Source: Octopus sinensis
Lineage: Eukaryota
Direction of reading: 5' to 3'
Length of the DNA: 12,866 nt
Assembly (NCBI RefSeq): GCF_006345805.1
Contig: NW_021826392.1
Span: 1-12,866 of the forward strand
Shown here: positions 1-8,504 of the stretch, in pieces
How the letters are laid out: each line of letters starts with the position of its first letter
How positions within the stretch are numbered: the first letter of the stretch is position 1
Program-made: the position numbers and the translations under genes
The notes under the pieces: model-generated
Told to the model about the DNA's origin: nothing
The model's database searches: none
Seen by the model: only the letters and a program-made list of their open reading frames with translations

Positions 1-302
1 CAACGCGAATCCTACCTCTCAGCCTCAACAATGCTATCGATTCACATATGACCAATTATGCTAATGTTCTTCCGAATGATCGATCTCCTAAAGTGTCCTC
101 TTAATCTGTATTATTAAGCTAGCAATGGGTTATAGCCACGTGTAGGATTAGGAACGCTCAAATGTTTGTTTGGACATGGACAACCTAACGCTCTCAAATG
201 CCTTTCTACATGTGTACGCAGCTAATCATACAGAAATAAGCACACAGAAGCGAATATATAATGCATACGCGCACATAAACGCACATATATAGACACTTGT
301 GT

Positions 303-337
<35 letters not shown>

Positions 338-471
338 CACACACAGATTCACACATGTTTGTGTGTTTGTTATTTATAAACATATAGATGTATGCAAATA
401 TTTACACGTAAAAGTTAGACACGCGCTCACAAACACACTCAAACACACAAATACATACAGTTCTTATGTTG

Positions 472-604
<133 letters not shown>

Positions 605-709
605 GCTGCTATGAAAAGCCTTTTACGGGTTCGAATATCTTCTATATTTGAGCTACACTCAATCACATTTTTATTCTCAGTTATTACTTCGCATCTTCAC
701 ACGATTTTG

Positions 710-743
710 TATGTGTGTGTGCATGTGTATATATATATATATA

Positions 744-785
<42 letters not shown>

Positions 786-833
786 TTGTGTATAGGTAAC
801 ACATATCTATATATTTGTATATGTATGTATGTA

Positions 834-888
<55 letters not shown>

Positions 889-978
889 TTATATATATGT
901 TGTAATATATGTATATATACATACATACATACACTTGTAAATATATACACTTGTATATATACATATTATATATATATT

Positions 979-1022
<44 letters not shown>
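710..1022. repeat. Mixed (TG)/(TA)n, (TATC)n and (TA)n microsatellite block
   Basis: Direct reading; (TATC)n ~835-887 and pure (TA)n ~983-1022. Confidence 0.95.
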
Positions 1023-1026
<4 letters not shown>

Positions 1027-1125
1027 GATACATTAGGCTATATAATACCACTTACTAAAATCAGAGCCAATGCTGTAACGGTGTGAACTTGCTAGCATTC
1101 TTACTATAAATAACAGTAAGATAAC

Positions 1126-1133
1126 TCTTTATT

Positions 1134-1187
<54 letters not shown>

Positions 1188-1554
1188 GGCAGTTTGTCTG
1201 TGCGTGTTTCTGTGTGTCTGTTTGCTTGTACCCTCACCCTGACCACGGCTTTCAACCGATTCTGATGAAACTTGACACACACATAGCCCAATGTCATAAT
1301 TCAAAACTAACGCAGCGAAAATTTTGAAAAGTTCCCCCAGTTCTGAAAAAAAATCGATAAATTCGACATGGGGTCGAGAATCAGAAACACAAACCGCAAA
1401 CTGTCTAGGGGACGCAACTCCACCTTTTTTAACTAAAAAAAAAATTTACCATCATTTTTTCCCATTTTTTTGCTATTTTTTGGCTATAACTCTCTAAAAA
1501 TGCTTTATAGTTATTTCCCTTACAAACCTGAGCAACGCCGGGCGATACTGCTAG
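1126..1554 (+). mobile_element. Non-autonomous Helitron-like element
   Basis: 3' end CTAG (1551-1554) followed by T. GC-rich hairpin CCTGAGCAACGCCGGG (1527-1542) lies 8 nt upstream. The 5' part is (TA)n, then GTCTGT-like microsatellite and ACCGATTCTGATGAAACTT, the layout typical of short animal Helitrons. The 5' boundary is uncertain because the start is blurred by the (TA)n expansion; TC at 1126-1127 is only a candidate. Confidence 0.75.
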
Positions 1555-1804
1555 TATATATATATATGCACGCATGTTTAGAGATATCCAAAATGAGGGC
1601 TTTGGTCTGGTGGCAGAACGTCTCGCAAGTTTACAGTAGATGTTTTGGGTTCCAGTTCCTCTACAGTTCCCTCGAGGCCAAATACAATACAACGGCTTCG
1701 TACACGATGGTCCAGCTGCTGGAATATAGCGGGCAAACATCCCTGGAATCATCCTTACCTATCGTCTAAATACACAAAAGGTATGTCAATGTAACCCTTC
1801 CTTT

Positions 1805-1920
1805 CCGTAGTAAAAGTTAAAAGGTAACTCGGCGGGATTTAAATTCAAATTCTGAAGAGCCGAAATGAATAACGCAAAACATCTTTTCGGATGCACAATC
1901 CATTTTGCCAGTTCGTCATT
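1805..1920 (-). mobile_element. Old, diverged fragment of the tRNA-derived CORE-SINE (head and start of core)
   Basis: AACTCGGCGGGATTTAAATTC...GAAGAGCCGAAATGAATAACGCAAAACAT...TTTTGCCAGTTCGTC aligns by eye to the reverse complement of the younger copies (CTCGGCGGAATTTGAACTC...GATTCTGCCAGCTCGCC). Confidence 0.65.
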
Positions 1921-1999
1921 TTAATAAAAACCAATATATTCCCCCAAAATACGAGTATGCCAAGTTTGGAACCCCTTTTGTTCATAGAAGTCCACTCAT

Positions 2000-2228
2000 G
2001 GTAATCCTTTCTACAAATTGTACAAGGTCTGAAATTTTTTGGGGGGTGGGGTGTAGTAGATTACATAACATCGACCCCGGTGTTTCACTGGTACTTAATT
2101 TATCGACCCCGAAAAGATGAAAGGTAAAGTAGACCGCGGCGGAATTTGATCTCAGAGCGTAGCAACGAGCGAAATGCTGCAAAGCATTTCGTCCAGAGTG
2201 CTAACGATTCGGCCTTAACATCCACCTT
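2000..2228 (-). mobile_element. tRNA-derived CORE-SINE (OR1/OR2-like), tail type 1, near full length
   Basis: Core ATCGACCCC...GGTACTTAATTTATCGACCCCGAAAAGATGAAAGG, B-box region GGAATTTGATCTC and head GCTAACGATTC on the reverse strand; tail ACAAGGTCTGAAATTTTTTGGGGGGTGGGG. Confidence 0.9.
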
Positions 2229-2234
2229 AATAAT

Positions 2235-2404
2235 GAGCAGTTTTGGAAAGAGGGTCTAAGGCAATAATATCGACCCCAGTGCTCAACAGGTGCTTATTTC
2301 ATCGACCCCTAAATGATGAAATGCAGGTGTCGATCTCAGCAGAATTTCAACTCAGAACATAAAGACGGACGAAATACTGCTAACCATTCTTCCTGGTTGT
2401 CGCC
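2235..2404 (-). mobile_element. CORE-SINE copy with internal head deletion
   Basis: Core and B-box present. About 20 nt between two GCTAA direct repeats of the head are missing relative to the copy at 2437-2650. Confidence 0.85.
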
Positions 2405-2436
2405 GTGAAAATAGCAATAACAATAACAATAATAAT

Positions 2437-2650
2437 GGTTTCAGATTTTGCCAAAAGGGAAGACATTTTGGTGGAGGGGACTAGTCCATTACATTGACTC
2501 GAGTCTTTCACTTGTAATTAATTTATCGACCCAGAAAGGATGAAAGGCAAAGTCGACCTCAGCAGAATTTGAAATCAGAACTTAACAGCAAACGAAATAC
2601 CGCTAAGCATTTCGCCCGGCGTGCTAACGATTCTGCCAGCTCGCCGCCTT
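2437..2650 (-). mobile_element. CORE-SINE, full length, tail type 1
   Basis: Intact head GATTCTGCCAGCTCGCCGCC (A-box TGGCAGAATCG on minus), core AGAAAGGATGAAAGGCAAAGTCGACCTC, tail GGTTTCAGATTTTG...TTTTGGTGGAGGGG; flanked by (AAT)n. Confidence 0.93.
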
Positions 2651-2662
2651 AATAATTATGAA

Positions 2663-2729
<67 letters not shown>

Positions 2730-2736
2730 TAATAAT
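2651..2736. repeat. (AAT)n microsatellite between SINE copies
   Basis: Direct reading. Confidence 0.97.
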
Positions 2737-2938
2737 AGTTTCAAATTTTGGCCAGATGAAAGGAGTATGTCGATAATATTGACCCCCAAGTGCTCAACTG
2801 GTACTTATTACATCAAGCCCGAAAATATCAACTGCAAATTTGACCTCAGTTGAATTTGAACTCAGAACATTAAACACGGACGAAATACTGCCAAACATTT
2901 TATCCCGTTCGATAATGCCTCTTCCTGGTCGTCGACCT
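2737..2938 (-). mobile_element. CORE-SINE, diverged, tail type 1
   Basis: AGTTTCAAATTTTGG tail, GACCCCCAAGTGCTCAACTGGTACTTATT core, GAATTTGAACTCAGAAC B-box. Confidence 0.85.
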
Positions 2939-2940
2939 CA

Positions 2941-3125
2941 TAACAACAACAACAATAATATTAATAATAATAGTGATAATATTAATAATAATAACAACAA
3001 CAATAATATATATATATATACATGTATATATGTGTGTGTATATATGTGTATGTGTAGATATACATATATATATATTTGTGTGTGTGTATGTATGTATGTA
3101 TGTATTATGTAAGTGTGTATTTATA
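2941..3125. repeat. (AAC/AAT)n followed by (TA)/(TG)n
   Basis: Direct reading. Confidence 0.93.
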
Positions 3126-3401
3126 TACGTATGAATGATACATTGAGAGAGAAAATGCACATAAGGATGTACAATTCAACTGCACACACATTCACACGCG
3201 TTTGCATACAAGCGGACTGTGTGCAGTCAGAGGGTAAGCACACACACACACATATATTCGCATTATACACACACACGTACATATATATATATATACACTG
3301 TGTTTGTATACGAGGCAACTATGTGTAATCAGATGGCAAACTCGTAAAAATCAAGACATCATTACAATGAGAAGGTTAAAAGACTCGCCACGTCGAAACA
3401 G

Positions 3402-3512
3402 TAATAATGTTACTACTACTACTACTACTACTACTATTATTATTACTAAAAATGATAATAATAATGATACTAAATAATATTAATAATAATAAGAAGAATA
3501 ATAATAATGACA
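3402..3512. repeat. (TAC)n/(AAT)n microsatellite
   Basis: Direct reading. Confidence 0.93.
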
Positions 3513-3652
3513 ATAAAGTGAATAAACAAATTGTATGCATGGTGTCTCCCCAGAGACTCGAATCGTATTCATGGGCAAATTTTAATTTAAACTCTGCATC
3601 GGCCATTTTAAAACAGCAATTTCTTATTACTGTTGGGAATTCCATCTACAAT

Positions 3653-3753
3653 TCTCTCTCCCCTCCCTCCCTCTCCTTCTTTCTCTTTTTCTCCCTCTCT
3701 CGCTTTCTCCCTCTCTCTCTCTCTCTCCCTCTTTCTCTCTCTCTTCTCTCTTT
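3653..3753. repeat. (CT)n-rich polypyrimidine tract
   Basis: Direct reading. Confidence 0.95.
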
Positions 3754-3756
3754 CTA

Positions 3757-3985
3757 CCATTCCATCGTCGTCACCGTCAACACAGCAACGACGGCCATCA
3801 TCATCATCATCATCATCATCATCCGCATCATCATCGCTATCATCGTAATCCTCCTCCTCATCATCGATAAAATCATCATCATCATCATCACTACAATACC
3901 AACACCACCACCATCATCATAATCATCATCATCATAATCATCATCATCATCATCATACGCATTATCACTATCATCGTAATCTTCC

Positions 3986-4027
<42 letters not shown>

Positions 4028-4237
4028 CCATCTTCATCATCATCATCGTCGTCATCTTCATCAGCAGCACGTCCTTCGGCTCCATCCTGCAAGTCATTAG
4101 CATAACCTATGACATCATCATTACCATCATCGCTGTCATCATAACCCTCGTCATCAGCAACGTCGCCAACTTCATCGTCTTCACCACAACCACCATTTTC
4201 ATTTTCATCATCATAATCATTAGCATAATCAATGACG

Positions 4238-4293
<56 letters not shown>

Positions 4294-4345
4294 GCCATCA
4301 TCATCATCACTATAATTGTCATTGACGTTATCGTCGTAATCAGCA
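3757..4345. repeat. Long degenerate (CAT)n trinucleotide array
   Basis: Pure CAT runs interspersed with CGT/CAC/AAT variants; source of the poly-I, poly-M, poly-D and poly-S ORFs. Confidence 0.95.
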
Positions 4346-4364
4346 TTTTAAAATTGTCCAGGTA

Positions 4365-4662
4365 TAATACATATATACATATATACATATATATATGTGT
4401 GCATGTGTGTGGTATGTGTGCGTGTGTGCGCATATATATATATGTGTGTGTATGTGCGTGTGTGTATGTGTGTGTGTGTGTGTGTGGATACACGCGCAAA
4501 CACATATGCATATATACATTTACACGTGTATGCTTACATTCATACCCACACTTACAAATCCATATATTTTCGTTAATTCCTGTATCAATAGATGTGTGTG
4601 TATATCTGCATGCATATGCATATGTGTGTATGTGCATGTGTGTGCGCGTGTGTATGTATGTT

Positions 4663-4711
<49 letters not shown>

Positions 4712-4712
4712 A
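4365..4712. repeat. Mixed (TA)/(TG)n dinucleotide block
   Basis: Direct reading. Confidence 0.93.
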
Positions 4713-4855
4713 AATATGTGTGTATTGTTCTCTGTACTTTTGTCTGTATATATATGCATATAATTAATAATATCAGGGTAATAAAGATTCTAGAATTTTT
4801 TTACTACTAGTGGCCTAGCGTATAGAAAAATTAGTGAATAGACTATATAGTATTC

Positions 4856-5100
4856 ATATAAATACAGTGTACATTTAACCACATAAGAGGTATCTGTCAT
4901 AGGAATCCTAACACGCTAGAAGGAACAGCCAAAGTCCAAACCACTATTAGGGATAAAAACTTCGAAGGGAATGACAAATAAAAACATTTACCATCTATCG
5001 CCTGGAACTAATAGTGGTTTGGACTTTGGCTGCTCCTTCTAGCATGCCAGGATTCCTATGATGGATACCTCTTATGTGTTTAAATGTACACTATTTATAA
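4856..5100. mobile_element. MITE/foldback-like element with long terminal inverted repeats
   Basis: Arms 4866-4950 and 5008-5092 are reverse complements at 78/85 positions, with a 57-bp spacer. Symmetry extends a few bases outward with a 2-bp gap. The left end reads TA-CAGTG, reminiscent of Tc1/mariner termini. Confidence 0.75.
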
Positions 5101-5128
5101 GCATATATGTATATATATATATATATAT

Positions 5129-5306
5129 ATCGCTAGCCACTACACACATTTTTTCTCTCTCCTTGTTTCTTTCTGTGTTCCTTTCTGTGGAAGAGCGTAG
5201 GCTCGAAACGTTAAAGACTTCTTCAATTCCCGAGTGTTATATTAATACATCTATTTGTTTTCTACACCACCTGTCTTCGTCTTTTGTATTTTTCGTGAAT
5301 TCTCCC
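5129..5306 (+). mobile_element. ~180-bp Penelope-like/retrozyme-like element inserted in (TA)n
   Basis: Unique sequence bounded by (TA)n on both sides and carrying a minimal hammerhead motif. Such motifs are established markers of Penelope-like terminal repeats and metazoan retrozymes. Confidence 0.6.
5181..5216 (+). ncRNA. Minimal type-I hammerhead ribozyme motif (variant core, predicted dimer-dependent)
   Basis: Stem I CTTT(5181-84)/AAAG(5213-16); core CTGTGGA (5185-91; consensus CUGANGA, A6 replaced by U); extra A; stem II GAGC-GTAG-GCTC; GAAA (5205-08); palindromic ACGT stem III; predicted cleavage after GUU (5212). Confidence 0.6.
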
Positions 5307-5452
5307 TATATATATACACACACACACATATATATATATATATTGCGTGTATATATGCGTGTATATATACGTATATATATATATATATATAATATATATA
5401 TATATATATACATACGTAATTATATACGTGTGTATGTATACACACACACACA
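5307..5452. repeat. (TA)n/(CA)n block
   Basis: Direct reading. Confidence 0.93.
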
Positions 5453-5930
5453 CTTATACACACAGAAGCACAAAGTGCTTAATACAGATTTACGTTAGAG
5501 CATCGCAGAGAGAACGAGGCGACAATAATACAGAAATATTAAAAGTAAGAACAATTCCTGGACCTTGTAGGTTTCACGTGGCTCAGCACTATCGTCAGCG
5601 GGAAGAAACTTAAAGAGAATTACGGAAGGAATTAAGAACTGTAGGCATCTAATTGTTCAATGTACTTTTGTAAAATGTAAAATGGCAGAGTCCATTTGCA
5701 TATCACAGGATGTATTGCGACTGCAACGAAAAATGAATACAAAAGGAAAGTAATGAATAAATGAAAGTCATTTGGTTTCTTAATCATCATTGCTATATTT
5801 AAAATGTATGAGTGCTCAATAATTAGGTGCTATGTTACTTGAAATATATCAGACGCGAGAATATTTTAACATTTATATCCAATTTTTATAATTTATTCTA
5901 CATATCTCTAACACATCTTCCGTATAGAAC

Positions 5931-5966
<36 letters not shown>

Positions 5967-5969
5967 TTG

Positions 5970-6030
<61 letters not shown>
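5931..6030. repeat. Compound (ATG)n-(ATA)n microsatellite
   Basis: Direct reading. Confidence 0.97.
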
Positions 6031-6031
<1 letters not shown>

Positions 6032-6149
6032 TCCTTCTACTACAGACACAAGACCTATAAATGTAGAGTACATATATACTCTACAAACTGTTTTGAGCGA
6101 TCTTTCAGTTTAAAGGTAAATTATTAAAATTCGACGTAAAAATCAAACA

Positions 6150-6172
6150 TCACCATCATCATTATTATTATT

Positions 6173-6255
<83 letters not shown>

Positions 6256-6313
6256 GGCTGTTCTTCTTCTTCGTGTTATTATTATCATTATTGTTATTAT
6301 TATTATTATTATT
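6150..6313. repeat. Compound (CAT)/(ATT)/(GTT)n/(ATT)n microsatellite
   Basis: Direct reading; the distal (ATT)n is probably the tail of the adjacent element. Confidence 0.95.
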
Positions 6314-6816
6314 GAGTGAGAGAGCAGTTCATGCCATCAAAGTGACACTGGGGTAAAATATACGAAGCCCAATATACCCATCATGACTACCCGTCTGATA
6401 AAGGTACACCAGGCACATGCATCACAACCATATGTGCGCGACATGGTGATCTCATATCAAGATAAACAGCACATGACCTTGCAGGTGGGGCCCAGTTAGA
6501 ATTTTCTTGAGGTTGAGTAGCCCATCCCGCTCAAACGGTCCCTGAATAAGGGTTGTTTAAGGATGTTGAAAGAACCACCCATGTTTCCAGAGGTGAACTA
6601 TTCAAACCCCAAAGAATCCCTCTCAACACATGGCTATGATGCTCCCCCCACTACTTCTGCTCGTGATCAGAGATGCACATATAGTCAGCCACTAAGGGAC
6701 ATGCTCAACTGGTTAAGGTCAAACAACTGACAAGCAAATCTGTGGTATTGAGCAGAATATTTGCTGTAAAACCCATCTTTTATACCAAGACAAAACAATG
6801 TACTTGATAACACTTC
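6314..6816 (-). mobile_element. ~500-bp non-coding interspersed element, probably the 3' region of a non-LTR retroelement or a non-autonomous derivative, family unassigned
   Basis: Balanced-composition unique sequence with sharp edges, bounded by (ATT)n on both sides. On the minus strand it ends ...CTCTCTCACTC(AAT)n. Candidate 17-bp TSD TTATTATTATCATTATT at 6276-6292 and 6820-6836 (low complexity). It resembles a high-copy octopus repeat as I recall it, not verified. Confidence 0.65.
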
Positions 6817-6862
6817 AAATTATTATTATCATTATTATTATTATAATAATTATTATTATTAA

Positions 6863-7059
6863 GGTGACGAGTTGGCAGAATCGTTAGCACACCGGGTAAA
6901 ATACCCTGCAGCAGTATTTCCTCTGTCTTCGTGTTCTGAGTTCAAATTCCGCTGAGGTCGACTTTGCCTTTCATTCTTTTGGGGGTCGATGAATTGTGTT
7001 CCAATGAATCACTGGGGTCGATGTAATAGACTAGTCCCGTCTCCCCAAAATTTCAGACC
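6863..7059 (+). mobile_element. CORE-SINE, tail type 1, with 12-bp TSD
   Basis: A-box TGGCAGAATCG, B-box GAGTTCAAATTCC, core GGTCGACTTTGCCTTTCATTC, tail CTCCCCAAAATTTCAGACC; TSD TATTATTATTAA at 6851-6862 and 7060-7071. Confidence 0.93.
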
Positions 7060-7976
7060 TATTATTATTAAAGCAGAAACTGTTATTTAGTTTAAAAGAA
7101 TTATATATATATAAAATAATGTATAATATATTTACACATAAGGTCTGCAAATCTAACGGAGGCGCGAAAAACACTATGAGATCCATAAAGTGCAGTTCTT
7201 GGTGGTTCAAATATGCAATTTATGTGGGACTCTTTTTAAAACATTGCCTGGTTTAAAAAGCCACGTAAGACACGGTGATAGATCTAAGGTGTTTAGAACA
7301 AAAGATTGTCAGACTCTGCTTAAGGACTAGATAGCTACTATATATATATATATGATTTTCTCATCAGTCGGTTTCCCAGAAGGTCTTAGTGGTTTCACGT
7401 TATATACATTCACACACACACTCCCAACTGAACGAGTGTTAATTACGGGGCAGGCTAGAAGTGTCAAACATTGTCACCAATACGCCATCTTGTCTGCACT
7501 ATCTTATTTCTCTCATTGACATCATGTCATGTGATCTAGCATCAACACCGCTTCCCTCCTCCTGCTTCTGTCTCCTCCACCCTGCATCTTAGTAAATCGA
7601 TCAAACCTCTCTACAGGCACCATCACAACAACCACCGCGGCACCATACCACTTTGTCTCGACGCTCCTCGACACAGACTGATCCGGGCCCCATCATTAAC
7701 ACCTCCAGACAACTACATCGCACCATTACTCTCTTGCTCTCACTCTACCACACGACGACACATAGATTGTGACCAGCCTTGTCACAATCTATGTCACACT
7801 GAACCTCTCTGAAAACTACGTTAAGGTTACGCATGTCAATGGAGTTCTCAGCCACTTGCACGTTAATTTCGCTAGCAGGCTGTTCCGTCGTTCCGTTGAT
7901 CGAATCTGCTGGAACACTCGTCGGCGTAAACGACGGAGAACCGGGTCATATGTACGTAGGTATATACGTACGTACG

Positions 7977-8160
7977 TATTTCGTCCGCCGCTACGTTCTG
8001 AGTTCAAATTCCGCCGAGGTCGACTTTACCTTTCATCCTTTCGGGGTCAATAAATTAAGTACCAGTTACGCACTGGGGATCGATGTAATCGACTTAACCC
8101 GTTTGTCTGTCCTTGTTTGTCCTCTCTGTGTTTAGCCCCTTTGTGGGTAATAAAGAAATA
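7977..8160 (+). mobile_element. 5'-truncated CORE-SINE, tail type 2, with 22-bp TSD
   Basis: Starts at TATTTCGTCC, has B-box and core, ends GTGGGTAATAAAGAAATA; TAGGTATATACGTACGTACGTA is repeated at 7957-7978 and 8159-8180. Confidence 0.95.
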
Positions 8161-8500
8161 GGTATATACGTACGTACGTACGTACGTATGTATGTATGTA
8201 TGTATATATGTATGTATGTGTGTGTGTATGTATGCATGTATGTGTGTATGTATGTATATGGCGAAGCATACCACTGAATATATGTGTGTTTGCGTGTGTG
8301 TAGATGTATCTGTAAAGGTGGTGGTAGGTAGTGGTGATATAGTGATATATATGTGTGTATATGTGTGTGTATATGTATCTATATATGAATGTGTATGTGT
8401 ATATATGTATTTGTATGTGTATATATGTATTTGGCAAAGCATACCAGCATATATATATGTGTGTGTGTGTGTGTAAATGTGTATATGTGTAGATGTGTCT
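8161..8500. repeat. (TACG)/(TATG)/(TG)n block containing a diverged ~175-190-bp tandem duplication
   Basis: TGGC(G/A)AAGCATACCA at 8259 and 8432; GTGTAGATGT...GGTGGTGG at 8298 and 8487. Confidence 0.85.
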
Positions 8501-8504
8501 AAAA

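Noticed and set aside
3-104. Open frame from the window edge (TRILPLSLNNAIDSHMTNYANVLPNDRSPKVSS*) that could be a CDS C-terminus
   Set aside because: Only 33 codons, no recognisable motif and no upstream context; this length is expected by chance.
1261-1275. CTGATGAAAC, resembling a hammerhead core
   Set aside because: No stem II between CUGAUGA and GAAA; it is part of the Helitron body. CTGATTAAGCGAAAC near 10706-10720 fails for the same reason.
3179-3227. 10-bp inverted repeat ACTGCACACA / TGTGTGCAGT
   Set aside because: Half of it is CA/TG repeat; expected in this composition.
3540-3610. Minus-strand AAAATGGCCG (YY1-like, start-codon-like) opening MADAEFKLKFAHEYDSSLWGDT
   Set aside because: No convincing donor site; the frame runs into microsatellite; no homology recognised.
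3754-4092. Asp-rich acidic ORF (MQDGAEGRAADEDDDD...) reminiscent of biomineral proteins
   Set aside because: Reverse reading of a (CAT)n array; all frames give homopolymers, and there is no signal peptide or splice support.
5500-5545. Possible 46-nt micro-exon (TTACGTTAG acceptor, AAA|GTAAGA donor)
   Set aside because: Weak polypyrimidine tract, non-symmetric length and no recognisable peptide.
6863-6950. A-box/B-box pairs suggesting tRNA genes (also at 11119-11200 and others)
   Set aside because: No cloverleaf; an 8-bp CGAAAT..ATTTCG hairpin replaces the anticodon arm and the boxes run into the SINE core.
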